Positions 1 to 9,683 of a stretch of DNA of 64,000 nucleotides are shown here, one piece after another. The notes under the pieces are model-generated. The model searched no databases. It was given only the letters and a program-made list of their open reading frames with translations, and was not told the DNA's origin. The stretch is taken from positions 1,248,001-1,312,000 of the forward strand of contig JBJMOW010000005.1 in assembly GCA_045803545.1 (NCBI GenBank), read 5' to 3'. The position numbers and the translations under genes are program-made. The DNA comes from Gemmatimonadaceae bacterium. GTDB lineage: Bacteria > Gemmatimonadota > Gemmatimonadetes > Gemmatimonadales > Gemmatimonadaceae. The first letter of the stretch is position 1; the number at the start of each line of letters is the position of its first letter.

Positions 1-31
1 CTCACGCGGGCTGTGGTCCGACCCCGAGGAA

Positions 32-544
32 GTGATGAAGCCGCTGATTCCGCAGGACGAGGCGGAGCGACTGGTTGAATTCCGCCTCAGCGCCGCCATC
101 GACGGCGAGCCGGAAGAGCGCTTCGACAAGATCGCTCGCATCGCATTGCGCGCCTTCGGCGTTCCGTTCGCGGGCATCTCCTTCGTCGAAGGCGACCGGC
201 AGTGGTTCAAGTCGAAGCAGGGCCTGCAAATCGGAGACAGCTCCCGCGACCTGTCCTTCTGCGGTCACGCGATCAACGGCGAAGACAGTTTCGTAGTTGA
301 AGATGCAGTGCTCGATCCACGCTTCGCGCAGAACCCGCTGGTGCTCGAGGAGCCCCATATTCGTTTTTACGCGGGCCAACCCGTCCATGGACCAGGCGGC
401 CACATCGTCGGCACGATATGCGTGATGGACAAAGCCCCTCGCGACTTCACCGAGGAGGACCACGAAACCTTGCGCGATCTCGGTGGGATGGTTGAACAAG
501 AGTTGCGAGCGAAGGGCAAGAAAAAAGTCGCGCCGCCGGATTAG
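32..544 (+). CDS. GAF domain-containing protein
   Basis: Typical GAF sensor motifs: EPEERFD, RQWFKS, SFCGHAI, DPRFAQNPLV, IRFYAGQP, GTICVMD. Confidence 0.9.
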   Translation: MMKPLIPQDEAERLVEFRLSAAIDGEPEERFDKIARIALRAFGVPFAGISFVEGDRQWFKSKQGLQIGDSSRDLSFCGHAINGEDSFVVEDAVLDPRFAQNPLVLEEPHIRFYAGQPVHGPGGHIVGTICVMDKAPRDFTEEDHETLRDLGGMVEQELRAKGKKKVAPPD

Positions 545-558
545 GACGGCGTTGGAAC

Positions 559-589
559 GGCGAGCGCGGTGCGCTCGCCTTTTTTTTTT
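559..589 (+). terminator. Rho-independent terminator
   Basis: GGCGAGCGC-GGT-GCGCTCGCC stem followed by 10 T, just after the GAF gene stop. Confidence 0.9.
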
Positions 590-774
590 GATAACTACCG
601 CGCTAGTGGCTGATAGCAGCTAGCTGTTAGCTGATCGCTGCCTGCAAGAGGACAGATCTCATTGCATAACGGCGAACAGAACGCCTTTCCTCTAACTCTA
701 GCGCGATCTGTCCCGTCGCTTGCAGCGAATAGCCAATAGCCAGCTGCCATCAGCTACCAGCGAGGTCGTTATCA
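589..774. repeat. Long imperfect palindrome, family A copy 1
   Basis: TGATAACTACCGCGCT...AGCGAGGTCGTTATCA; colinear with 33201-33387, including the unpaired centre GCGAACAGAACGC. Confidence 0.9.
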
Positions 775-855
775 GTTAAGTCCTCAGTCAACGACAGCAT
801 TGCGGTGCCGCGCAAGCCGCGATATCGTTAGCCAAGCTAACGATCCGGAGTCCCG

Positions 856-1245
856 ATGCCTGCAGTCTCTCTCTCCCGTATAAAACAAATCGCCCTGCCC
901 GTTACCGATGTGGAGAAAGCGAAAGAGTTTTACAAAGAAGTACTCGGCATGCAGCACCTGTTCGATGCGCCACCGGCGCTTTCGTTCTTTGATTGCGGAG
1001 GAGTGCGGTTGATGTTGTCGGGACCGGCGGCGCAGGGTAAGGACGGGGATAGACAGCACGCCGTACTCTTCTACGATGTCAGCGACATCAAGAAGACCTA
1101 CGCGTCGGTAAGAGCGGCGGGCGCACCGAGCCATGCCGAGCCGCATATCATAGCGCGGATGAACGGACGAGAAGTATGGATCGCCGAGCTGGGCGATGGG
1201 CAGGGCAACTTCGTCAGCCTGATCAGTGAGGTCGCGGCTACCTAA
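856..1245 (+). CDS. VOC/glyoxalase family protein
   Basis: QIALPVTDVEKAKEFYKEVLG and LSFFDCGGVRLML, typical of the VOC fold. Confidence 0.9.
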   Translation: MPAVSLSRIKQIALPVTDVEKAKEFYKEVLGMQHLFDAPPALSFFDCGGVRLMLSGPAAQGKDGDRQHAVLFYDVSDIKKTYASVRAAGAPSHAEPHIIARMNGREVWIAELGDGQGNFVSLISEVAAT

Positions 1246-1702
1246 GCGCGCGGAGCTGGCAGACCAGCTGCACTCCGCCGCCATTCATCTCCTGCGCCAG
1301 CTGCGCAAAGAAGACGACGCCAGCGGCTTGTCCGCGCCGCGGCTGTCGGCACTGTCTGTCGTGGTATTCGGAGGCGGAGGTGCGGTCACCCTCGGCCAGC
1401 TCGCCCGCGCCGAGCAGGTACGGCCGCCGACCATGACCAGGATCGTCACCGGGCTGGAGAAAGACGGACTCGTCAAGCGTCAACCCGACGCGCACGACAA
1501 ACGCCTCACCAGAATCGTGGCGACGCCCAAGGGCCAACGAATTCTCATCGCGGGTCGAGCGAGAAGAGTAAAATCGCTCACCGAAGCCGTGGAGCGACTG
1601 AATGAGGCCGAGCTGGCGCAGCTCGACCGCGGCATTCGAGTTTTTCGCAAGGTGATCGAAGCTACCGCGCAACAAACTCGGCCACGCAATGGAACGACCT
1701 AA
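1226..1702 (+). CDS. MarR family transcriptional regulator
   Basis: LGQLARAEQVRPPTMTRIVTGLEKDGLVKR..D..DKR winged helix; overlaps the VOC gene end. Confidence 0.9.
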   Translation: MRSRLPKRAELADQLHSAAIHLLRQLRKEDDASGLSAPRLSALSVVVFGGGGAVTLGQLARAEQVRPPTMTRIVTGLEKDGLVKRQPDAHDKRLTRIVATPKGQRILIAGRARRVKSLTEAVERLNEAELAQLDRGIRVFRKVIEATAQQTRPRNGTT

Positions 1703-1798
1703 GTCTGATTTCGATGCCCTGCGCCATAATCTCGAACTGGCACACCTATCACCAAGGGCAGGTCGCAATCCTGAAGAGAGCGGTCCAGACCACGTAGC

Positions 1799-2815
1799 TC
1801 AGGGAATTCGGGCGCGGCCGATCGTATTAGCGTCAGTCCCAAACCACAACGACTTCGTCGCTGCGTGGTAGATCATGTGGCGAATCGTTCCGCCTCCACT
1901 CTCCGAGATTGGGGTCACCGATATCCACTTTTCTGTCTTCGGATCGAAGCCAACGAGCTTGTTCGGCTGCACACCGGTCTCGGCCAGCCAGATCCGGTCA
2001 CGGTCGTCCGACGCCATTGCATAAGGCAACGATGTCGCGGCATCGGGCAACTCGAACTCGCGAATGTTGCCGGTGCGCGGATCGAGTCGACCAAGTCTGC
2101 CCTGCATGAAATCCCCGTACCAGATCGCGCCATCCGATGTAACGGCAATCCGCCGCGGACGCGCGCGCGTTGGAAGTATGTACTCCTTGATTGCCATCGT
2201 CGTCGGATCGATGGTGCCGATCTTGTTCGCGCCGAACTCGTCAAACCAGGGCCGGCCGCTAGGGTCGAGGACGATCCCGTAAGGACGTGAGTCCTTTGTC
2301 GGCGACGGCAACAGATGAACCACGCCGGACTTTGTATCGAGATGGCCGAGGAAGTTCGAGAATTGCGCAGTGAACCAGATGTTGCCCGCGCGATCGAAGG
2401 TCATCGTGTGCGGATCTTTCGCCGCCGGATTGGGCATGTGGTAAATCGTGCTCTTTCCGGTGGTGGCATCGAGCCGGCCGATTCGCGCGTTGGTGTTTCC
2501 CGAGAACCACACGCGACCCTGGTTGTCGATGATCAGGTTGTGAGGATGCGTGCCCTCCTCGATCTCATAGCGGCGGAATTTGCCCGTTGCCGGGTCCAGA
2601 GTGGCGACGTAATTCCCAGCCTGCCCGACAAACCAAACTTTGTTATCGCCGGCTACGTAAGGATCGCGCGGTCGGGTATTGGCCCATGGCACTTTCCATT
2701 CTGTTACGGCTAATGGGGCGAGCGTTTGAGCCTGCTGTGCCATTACGCGCGCGGCGTCGCCCGTTAGAAGAATGAGCGCGGAAAGAATGAGAGGGCGAAT
2801 CATCGGAGCAGACAT
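1799..2815 (-). CDS. Secreted Vgb (virginiamycin B lyase-like) beta-propeller protein
   Basis: Signal peptide and repeated P-x-x-I...D-x-x-G-x-x-W-F blades (HPHN, DPHT, PYGI, PRRI, PYAM). Confidence 0.8.
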   Translation of the reverse strand: MSAPMIRPLILSALILLTGDAARVMAQQAQTLAPLAVTEWKVPWANTRPRDPYVAGDNKVWFVGQAGNYVATLDPATGKFRRYEIEEGTHPHNLIIDNQGRVWFSGNTNARIGRLDATTGKSTIYHMPNPAAKDPHTMTFDRAGNIWFTAQFSNFLGHLDTKSGVVHLLPSPTKDSRPYGIVLDPSGRPWFDEFGANKIGTIDPTTMAIKEYILPTRARPRRIAVTSDGAIWYGDFMQGRLGRLDPRTGNIREFELPDAATSLPYAMASDDRDRIWLAETGVQPNKLVGFDPKTEKWISVTPISESGGGTIRHMIYHAATKSLWFGTDANTIGRARIP

Positions 2816-3008
2816 CGCACGACCTCTATGTGGATTCTTCTCAGCTTATTCCGGTAGCCACGCGAGTGCCAGTGGCGAGGGCGGATTGGACGAAACACCG
2901 ACACGCATCGATCCGTTTTCGATATGCCCCTGTAAATCATTTGTCAAAACGACCACCTGAGCTGCTCCGGTGTCTAATTTTCATCACCCTTTCCTCTTTT
3001 TCCAGAAC

Positions 3009-4775
3009 ATGAAAACTTCTTCAGTCATCACCCTCGCCGCTCTGGTTATCAGCGGCTCAGCGGCGGCACAGCAGGCACGTAATTCATCGGAAGGAACCGC
3101 AGCGGCCCCGGCGTGGGACGTGTTGCTGCGCGCCCGCAGTCACGCTCCAACCCGGACGAGCGGCGCCATCACCGCCGAGGATTTGAAGACGCGCCTGTAC
3201 ATCTTCTCGGATGACTCGATGGGGGGCCGGTTGATCGCGACACCGGGAAACGTCAAGGCGGTCGAGTACATCGCCAGCGAGGTGAAGAGATTGGGACTCG
3301 TACCAATGGGCGATAACGGCAGCTACTTCCAGTCCCTCAACATGGTCGAGCGCACTTTTGACTCAGCGTCGCGCTTCGCCGCCGGAGGAAACACTTTCAC
3401 TCCCTGGACCGATTACCTGCCCCGCGATCAGGGTGCCGCCACCCGCAAAATCGACGGAGCGCAAGTTGTGTTTGGAGGCACCTGGGGTGATTCGACGTCG
3501 CTGATCGATCCGACCGCCGCAGCTGGCAAACTCATTGTGCTGCGCTACAGTCCGGCAGCAGCGACGCAGGGACCGCCCGGCGGTGTCGATCGTGCGCGCG
3601 TTTCAGGTCATTTCGCCAACGCCGCTGGTATCGCAATCGCCAGCTTCGATCTCTTCCCGAAGCAGTTCATTCCACTCTATCAGCAACCCAATCAATTGAT
3701 CAGAGACGGCGCCGACCCGGATCGGCCGGCGTTCATCTACGTCTCGAAGAAGACGGCCAGCGCGCTGCTCAACGCCGATATCGACAGCGTGAAAACCGGT
3801 GCGACCGGCACCACTGTCACTTCCTCGCCGTCGTTCGCCGAGTCGGCGATCAAATACCCCGCACGCAATGTGGTGGCGATGATTCCCGGCAGCGACCCAG
3901 TGCTTCGCAACGAGTACGTCGCGATCGGCGCGCACAATGACCACATCGGCACCAGCAATCGTGCGGTCGCGCACGACTCGATCTACGTCGTGAATCATCT
4001 TTTCCGCACCGGTGGCGCGGAAGATCGGCCACCCCAGCTCACGCCGGAGCAGCAGGCGCAGGTAAACTCGGTTCTCGCCGACATCCGTCGTCGGAGCAAC
4101 GGCGCGTCAGCACGTCGGGATTCGATCTACAACGGTGCCGACGATGATGGTTCGGGCAGCGTCAGCGCACTCGAGATTGCGGAGTATTTCGCGACACAGA
4201 AGATGAAGCCGAAGCGGTCTCTGCTCTTTGTCTGGCACGTCGGTGAAGAGGAAGGCCTCTACGGGTCCGAGTGGTTCACTGATCATCCGACGGTCAGCCG
4301 TGATTCGATAGTTGCCCAGTTGAACATGGACATGGTCGGCCGCGGGTCGGCGGCGGACAACACCGGCATTACTGTCGCAGGTCAACGCTACAACGGCAGT
4401 CCGAATTACCTGCAGCTGGTTGGCTCGCGCCGACTCTCAACCGAGCTCGGCAACCTCGCCGAGTCTGTAAACAAGGGCGAGAAAAAGCCGTTCTCGCTCG
4501 ACTACGCGATGGATGCAAACGGTCATCCGAACAACATCTATTGCCGCAGCGATCACTACGAGTACGCGCGATACGGAATCCCGATCATTTTCTTTACGAC
4601 CGGTGGTCACGCCGACTATCACCAGGTGACCGACGAGGCGCAGTATATCGACTACGATCGCATGGCTCGGGTGGCGCAGTACGTTGCCGATCTTGCTACC
4701 AAAGTTGGCGACCTGTCGCAGCGCCCGGTGGTCGATAAGGCCAAGCCGGATCCCAAAGGGCAGTGCGTTCAGTAG
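3009..4775 (+). CDS. Secreted M28 family aminopeptidase
   Basis: GAHNDH, NGADDDGSG, GEEEGLYGS, LNMDMVGR, RSDH, DYHQVTD motifs; start chosen at MKTSS, which gives a signal peptide. Confidence 0.92.
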   Translation: MKTSSVITLAALVISGSAAAQQARNSSEGTAAAPAWDVLLRARSHAPTRTSGAITAEDLKTRLYIFSDDSMGGRLIATPGNVKAVEYIASEVKRLGLVPMGDNGSYFQSLNMVERTFDSASRFAAGGNTFTPWTDYLPRDQGAATRKIDGAQVVFGGTWGDSTSLIDPTAAAGKLIVLRYSPAAATQGPPGGVDRARVSGHFANAAGIAIASFDLFPKQFIPLYQQPNQLIRDGADPDRPAFIYVSKKTASALLNADIDSVKTGATGTTVTSSPSFAESAIKYPARNVVAMIPGSDPVLRNEYVAIGAHNDHIGTSNRAVAHDSIYVVNHLFRTGGAEDRPPQLTPEQQAQVNSVLADIRRRSNGASARRDSIYNGADDDGSGSVSALEIAEYFATQKMKPKRSLLFVWHVGEEEGLYGSEWFTDHPTVSRDSIVAQLNMDMVGRGSAADNTGITVAGQRYNGSPNYLQLVGSRRLSTELGNLAESVNKGEKKPFSLDYAMDANGHPNNIYCRSDHYEYARYGIPIIFFTTGGHADYHQVTDEAQYIDYDRMARVAQYVADLATKVGDLSQRPVVDKAKPDPKGQCVQ

Positions 4776-4798
4776 AAGATTCCTTCGCCCCAGGGGAC

Positions 4799-4830
4799 AA
4801 AAGGCAACTGCAAATGCAGTTGCCTTTTTC
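4799..4830 (+). terminator. Rho-independent terminator (possibly bidirectional)
   Basis: AAAAGGCAACTGCA-AA-TGCAGTTGCCTTTTT. Confidence 0.8.
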
Positions 4831-4948
4831 TTGGTAGTAACTGCCGTCAATCAGGTTAAATCAGGGATTTCGGTAATCATCCGGCTGGCCCGACTTTCGC
4901 CCTGGACTACCGCGGCGATCAAAACTCCATTCACAGACTTAACGTCAT

Positions 4949-6682
4949 ATGGCGAACCAACTTCCCGTTCTGACAGTCAGCATGCGCAGCGCCTTGGCGA
5001 CTCTTACGCTAGCGGCGTTGGTCGCGACCGGCTGCAAGGAAAGCAACACCGCTCAGGCCAAGCCTGAAAACCCACAGACGTGGGCGCCGGAGCGGCTCAG
5101 CTCTGTGAACGGAGTCCCTGCCGCCGAGATCGAAGCGAAAATGAAGGAAAAGCTCAATGGCGCGAAGCCGGCAAAGCTCGACGACGATCAATGGGGGCAC
5201 ACGAAGAGGCTTTATCAGCTGTATGGGGCGAACCCACTCTGGCTGTCGTCCGACGGGTTGCATAAGACTCGGACCAAGGCGCTCACAGATGCAATCCTGG
5301 CCGCGAACAACGACGGCATGCGCATGGAAGACTATCCGATCGGTCCCCTCGCCCAGGCCATCGCCACCCTAAAGCAGACGAAGACTCCGACGGCAGACCA
5401 GCTGGCGGCCGCGGACGTCCTACTCACGGCTTCGTACGTTGCGCTCGGTGAAGATTTGATCACCGGACAGATCGATCCGCGGACGGTGGCGCAGGCTTGG
5501 CACGTAGACCCTGAAGAAGAGAATGTCGACAGCGCGTTGGTGAGGAACCTTCGCTATGAACATCTCGACCGCGCGTTGGCCACCATGCGTCCGACCGACG
5601 ACGACTACTCCGGTTTGAGCAAGGAACTGCAGCGGTGGCGCGTTATCGTAGCAAAGGGCGGTTGGCAGCCGGTCCCCGCGCCCAGCGGAAACGTGAAACC
5701 GGGTTCGACGACGAGCCCGGCGGTCTTGAGCGCGCTCCGCGCCAGACTCGCTGCCGAGGGTTTCACCGTCCCGGCCGACAGCGCCCAGCCAGGTCCCGCG
5801 ACCAGTTCCACGACGTACGACCGCGGCCTCGCCGGAGCGGTAGCCGAGTTCCAGACGCGACATTCGATCAATGTCGATAGTGCGCTCGGCAAAGAAACGA
5901 TCGAAGCGCTCAACGTTCCGGCGAGTTACCGTCTCGCGGAGATCGCGGCCAACATGGAGCGGTATCGCTGGCTGCCCAGGAGCTTTGGAAGCAGGTACAT
6001 CTTCGTCAACGTCCCCGCGTTCCACCTCGAGGCGTACGACAGCGGGCAGAAAGTGCTGGAGATGAAGGTGATCGTTGGCCAGGAGTACGAGGACAAGGCG
6101 ACTCCGGTTTTCGCCGACTCGATGGAGACAGTCGTGTTTCGACCGTATTGGAACGTACCGCCGACAATTGCAGCGAAGGAGATTTTTCCGAAGGGCGAGG
6201 CTTACATGGCAAGCAACAACATGGAGGTCTACAACGACGGTGGGCAGCGAGCGGTGCGCCAGCGCCCCGGTCCGAAGAACGCGCTTGGCTTCGTCAAGTT
6301 TCTGTTTCCCAACGACTTCAATATCTACCTGCACGACACGCCCAATCACGAGCTGTTCAACAAGGATGTGCGTGCGTTCAGTCACGGATGTATTCGCCTG
6401 GAAAAACCGGCGGAGCTGGCGCAGTGGGTCCTGGGATGGCCGGCGGACAAAGTGGAGCAGTCGATGCGCGATGGCCCGGACAACCGTGCGGTCAAGATTC
6501 CGCACAAGATTCCCGTTTACATCACGTATTTCACGACATTCATCAACAACGGGCAATTGTATTTCGGCAATGACCTTTACAACCGGGACGACAAGCTCGT
6601 GCCGCAGGTGATGTCGGGAGCAATGCCAAGCAAAGAAGTTGTGGACGCGGTTCAGGCGTTGCGCAGAATCGCCAACGCCTAG
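4949..6682 (+). CDS. L,D-transpeptidase, YcbB/LdtD-like lipoprotein
   Basis: Lipobox ATGC, peptidoglycan-binding segment, NPYW-like RPYWNVP, IYLHDTP and catalytic SHGCIRL. Confidence 0.92.
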   Translation: MANQLPVLTVSMRSALATLTLAALVATGCKESNTAQAKPENPQTWAPERLSSVNGVPAAEIEAKMKEKLNGAKPAKLDDDQWGHTKRLYQLYGANPLWLSSDGLHKTRTKALTDAILAANNDGMRMEDYPIGPLAQAIATLKQTKTPTADQLAAADVLLTASYVALGEDLITGQIDPRTVAQAWHVDPEEENVDSALVRNLRYEHLDRALATMRPTDDDYSGLSKELQRWRVIVAKGGWQPVPAPSGNVKPGSTTSPAVLSALRARLAAEGFTVPADSAQPGPATSSTTYDRGLAGAVAEFQTRHSINVDSALGKETIEALNVPASYRLAEIAANMERYRWLPRSFGSRYIFVNVPAFHLEAYDSGQKVLEMKVIVGQEYEDKATPVFADSMETVVFRPYWNVPPTIAAKEIFPKGEAYMASNNMEVYNDGGQRAVRQRPGPKNALGFVKFLFPNDFNIYLHDTPNHELFNKDVRAFSHGCIRLEKPAELAQWVLGWPADKVEQSMRDGPDNRAVKIPHKIPVYITYFTTFINNGQLYFGNDLYNRDDKLVPQVMSGAMPSKEVVDAVQALRRIANA

Positions 6683-6746
6683 CCGGTCACAAGAGCTGCT
6701 ATCAGGCTAACAGCACGGGTAGCTCGTCGTGAAGTTCGCAGTCCGG

Positions 6747-7856
6747 TTAGATCCGCTGCGGAGTCGGTTCGATCCGCCGGCCAGTCTCAGCATCAAATAG
6801 ATGGACGCCCTCGGGCCGGATGTCGATCGATACAGTATCGCCCGGTTTGATCATGGCTTCCGGCGGTGCGATGGCGACGAGTTTATCGCCGCCTGACAAC
6901 GTCACGTAGACTATTTGCTCGTTGCCCATTGGCTCGACGACGCCAACTTCGCCGCGCGGGCGATTCTCGCCGTTGGTGCTCACCTCGATGTGCTGCGGGC
7001 GGACGCCGAGAAATACACGACCGCGGCGATCGCCGTCGCAGGGTACGTCGATGGTGAGATCGATTCCCTTGAAAGTGCACAAACCGGTGGTTGCGACGGC
7101 GGCATCTGAGCGTTGGATCACGCCTTCGATGAAGTTCATCGCCGGGCTGCCAATGAAACCGGCGACGAATTTGTTCGCGGGCCGTCGATACAATTCCATC
7201 GGTGTGTCGACTTGTTGCAGAACCCCTTCCTTGAGCACGGCGATGCGATCGCCCAAGGTCAGGGCCTCCGACTGATCGTGGGTGACGTACACCATCGTTG
7301 CGCCGAGCTTGCGGTGCAGGCGCGCCAGCTCTACCCGGGTCTCGACGCGTAGCTGGGCGTCAAGATTGGAAAGTGGCTCGTCGAACAGGAAGGCGAGCGG
7401 CTCGCGCACGATCGCGCGACCGAGTGCCACGCGCTGACGCTGTCCACCGGAGAGCTGGGCAGGCTTGCGATCGAGCAGTGCATCCAGGCCGAGTGATGCC
7501 GCGACCGCGTTCACTCGTTGATCGATTACCTCTCGAGGCTGTTTTCTGATCGCGAGGCCGAATGCGAGATTGTCGCGCACGGTCATGTGCGGGTAAAGCG
7601 CGTAGTTCTGGAACACCATGGCGATATCGCGCTGCTGCGGGGGCAGGTCCGTCACATCGCGATCGCCGATGCGGATTACGCCGTCAGTGACCCGCTCGAG
7701 ACCCGCCATCAGCCGCAGCACCGTCGACTTACCGCTGCCCGATGGACCGACGAGAACGAGCAGCTCGCCGTCGCGCACTTCGAGACTTAGATCGCGCGCT
7801 GCGACGTACCCGTTCGGGTAGACCTTGTCGATTTTCTCTAGAGTGATCCGCGCCAT
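6747..7856 (-). CDS. Carbohydrate ABC transporter ATP-binding protein (MalK/UgpC type)
   Basis: Walker A GPSGSGKS, LSGGQRQR signature, DEPLSNLD, C-terminal TOBE region. Confidence 0.95.
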   Translation of the reverse strand: MARITLEKIDKVYPNGYVAARDLSLEVRDGELLVLVGPSGSGKSTVLRLMAGLERVTDGVIRIGDRDVTDLPPQQRDIAMVFQNYALYPHMTVRDNLAFGLAIRKQPREVIDQRVNAVAASLGLDALLDRKPAQLSGGQRQRVALGRAIVREPLAFLFDEPLSNLDAQLRVETRVELARLHRKLGATMVYVTHDQSEALTLGDRIAVLKEGVLQQVDTPMELYRRPANKFVAGFIGSPAMNFIEGVIQRSDAAVATTGLCTFKGIDLTIDVPCDGDRRGRVFLGVRPQHIEVSTNGENRPRGEVGVVEPMGNEQIVYVTLSGGDKLVAIAPPEAMIKPGDTVSIDIRPEGVHLFDAETGRRIEPTPQRI

Positions 7857-7905
7857 AATGTACGAGGTGTGTTTACTTCATTGAGGCTAAGTGTATAGTG
7901 GCCGC

Positions 7906-8781
7906 TCATCCCTTAACCGCTCCCGCAGTTAGTCCTTGCACGATTCTCCGCTGGAAAACCAAAACGAGTCCGGCAACCGGCGCCGTGGCAACAACTGCCG
8001 CGGCGAGAATCTCACCCCACGGCACCTGATACTGCCCGCGGAATAGCGCGATCGCCACCGGCACTGTTTGCCGCTCGGGGCCGAGCGTGAAAGACAATGC
8101 GAAGAGAAACTCGTTCCAGCAGTAGATGAAGGTAAGAATGCCGGTCGTCGCCAGGCTGGGGACAGCGAGGGGCAAAAGGATCTTGGTAAAGCTCTGGCGA
8201 CGCGAAGCGCCATCGACGTGCGCTGCTTCCTCGAGATCCTTTGGTATTTGTCTGATCGAGCCAGTGAGCACCCACACCGTCAAGGGCATCGCAAACGTCA
8301 TGTACGGCATGATCAAGCCGGGATAGGTGTCGATCAAATGCAGTGAACGCAGCAACAGATAGAGCGGGCTCACGATCGAGATCTGTGGGAACATCGTCAC
8401 GGCGAGAATGAACGCCATGATCGGCGCCTTGCCGCGAAATTCGATCCGGGCGAGGGCATAGGCAGCGAGAGTGCCGACGACGAGACAGAACAGCGTCGTG
8501 GTGCCGGCGACGACGAGCGAGTTGCGGATCGGCGTGATGAAATCGCGATCGGTGAACAGGGCGCGATAGTGATCGAAGATCGCCTGCGTCGGGATGAGCG
8601 ACGGATTCCGGAACAGCGCAGCGTCCGAAGTAAATGACGCGACGATCGCCCAATAGAACGGAAACAGCGTGAAGATCATCAGCAGCACGAGCGCTGCAGC
8701 GAAGATCCATGTCCCCCACTTTACCGGCGCGGGCCGTCGGGGTGTCGTGCCTCCCACCTCCCCGCTCACGACTCCCGCCAT
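7906..8781 (-). CDS. Carbohydrate ABC transporter permease (MalG type)
   Basis: EAA loop LEEAAHVDGAS, WNEFLFAL; ATG overlaps the upstream stop (TGATG). Confidence 0.93.
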   Translation of the reverse strand: MAGVVSGEVGGTTPRRPAPVKWGTWIFAAALVLLMIFTLFPFYWAIVASFTSDAALFRNPSLIPTQAIFDHYRALFTDRDFITPIRNSLVVAGTTTLFCLVVGTLAAYALARIEFRGKAPIMAFILAVTMFPQISIVSPLYLLLRSLHLIDTYPGLIMPYMTFAMPLTVWVLTGSIRQIPKDLEEAAHVDGASRRQSFTKILLPLAVPSLATTGILTFIYCWNEFLFALSFTLGPERQTVPVAIALFRGQYQVPWGEILAAAVVATAPVAGLVLVFQRRIVQGLTAGAVKG

Positions 8782-9683
8782 CACTCCTCCCCTCCCAGCC
8801 GAACACCGAGGCCGCGCACGTAGAACAGCGCCAGCGCGAAGGTGATGGCGAAGATGACGACCGACAACGCCGAGCCGTAGCCGAATCGGAGGTTCTGGAG
8901 CAGGGCGTTGAACGTGTACAGCGCGACCGGCTCCGTCGATGTGCCCGGTCCGCCTCCGGTCAGCACATAGATCAGATCGAAGACTCGAAATCCGTCGAGG
9001 GTGCGGAAAATCAGCGTCACCAGGATCGCCGGCTTGAGCAGTGGCAATGTGATGTGTCGCAACTGCCACCACCCATTTGCCCCATCAACTGCGGCCGCCT
9101 CGTAGAGGCTCAGGTCGATGTTCTGCAGTCCAGCCAGCAACAGCAGCGCGACGAATGGCGTCGTCTTCCAGACATCGGCGAGGATGACCGGTACCCACGC
9201 CGTTTTCGCTTCGATGAACCAGACCATCGGCTCCTTGAGCATGCCGAGGTTCACCAGCATCGCGTTGAGGATTCCACCCTGCGATTCGAAGATGAATCGC
9301 CACAGCAACGCGGCCACCACAGTCGGAATCGCCCACGGTACCAGGACCGCGGCGCGCACGAACCCCCGGCCGCGAAATACCCGATTCATGGCGAGCGCCA
9401 GGAACAAGCCGATCACGAGCTCGAGCGAGATCGACACCACCGTAAAGAACGCCGTATGGCCGAGCGCCGCCCAAAAACGCGGATCCTTTGCAATCTCAGC
9501 GTAGTTTGCCAGACCGATGAACGGCTTCCCGAGCCACGGCATCCGCAGCTCGTGCAGATGCAACGACTCCCAGAACGTCCAGCCCAGCGGGAAAATCGCG
9601 ATCAGCGCAATAACACCGAGCGCGGGCGCGACCAGAGCCCAGCCGAGTTTGGCTTCGGCGCCGAGCCGGGAGATTTTTCTCAC
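8781..9683 (-). CDS. Carbohydrate ABC transporter permease (MalF type)
   Basis: DVWKTTPF, LYEAAAVDGA, FDLIYVLTGGGPG. Confidence 0.93.
   Translation of the reverse strand: MRKISRLGAEAKLGWALVAPALGVIALIAIFPLGWTFWESLHLHELRMPWLGKPFIGLANYAEIAKDPRFWAALGHTAFFTVVSISLELVIGLFLALAMNRVFRGRGFVRAAVLVPWAIPTVVAALLWRFIFESQGGILNAMLVNLGMLKEPMVWFIEAKTAWVPVILADVWKTTPFVALLLLAGLQNIDLSLYEAAAVDGANGWWQLRHITLPLLKPAILVTLIFRTLDGFRVFDLIYVLTGGGPGTSTEPVALYTFNALLQNLRFGYGSALSVVIFAITFALALFYVRGLGVRLGGEE

Noticed and set aside
1799..2815. Streptogramin resistance gene vgb
   Set aside because: Only fold-level resemblance; it has a signal peptide and no resistance or mobile context.
5420..6556. Long antisense ORFs (also 8709-9740, 10148-11020, 31804-32916, 35557-36444, 57865-58692)
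   Set aside because: Shadow frames opposite well-supported genes, expected in high-GC DNA; no motifs.
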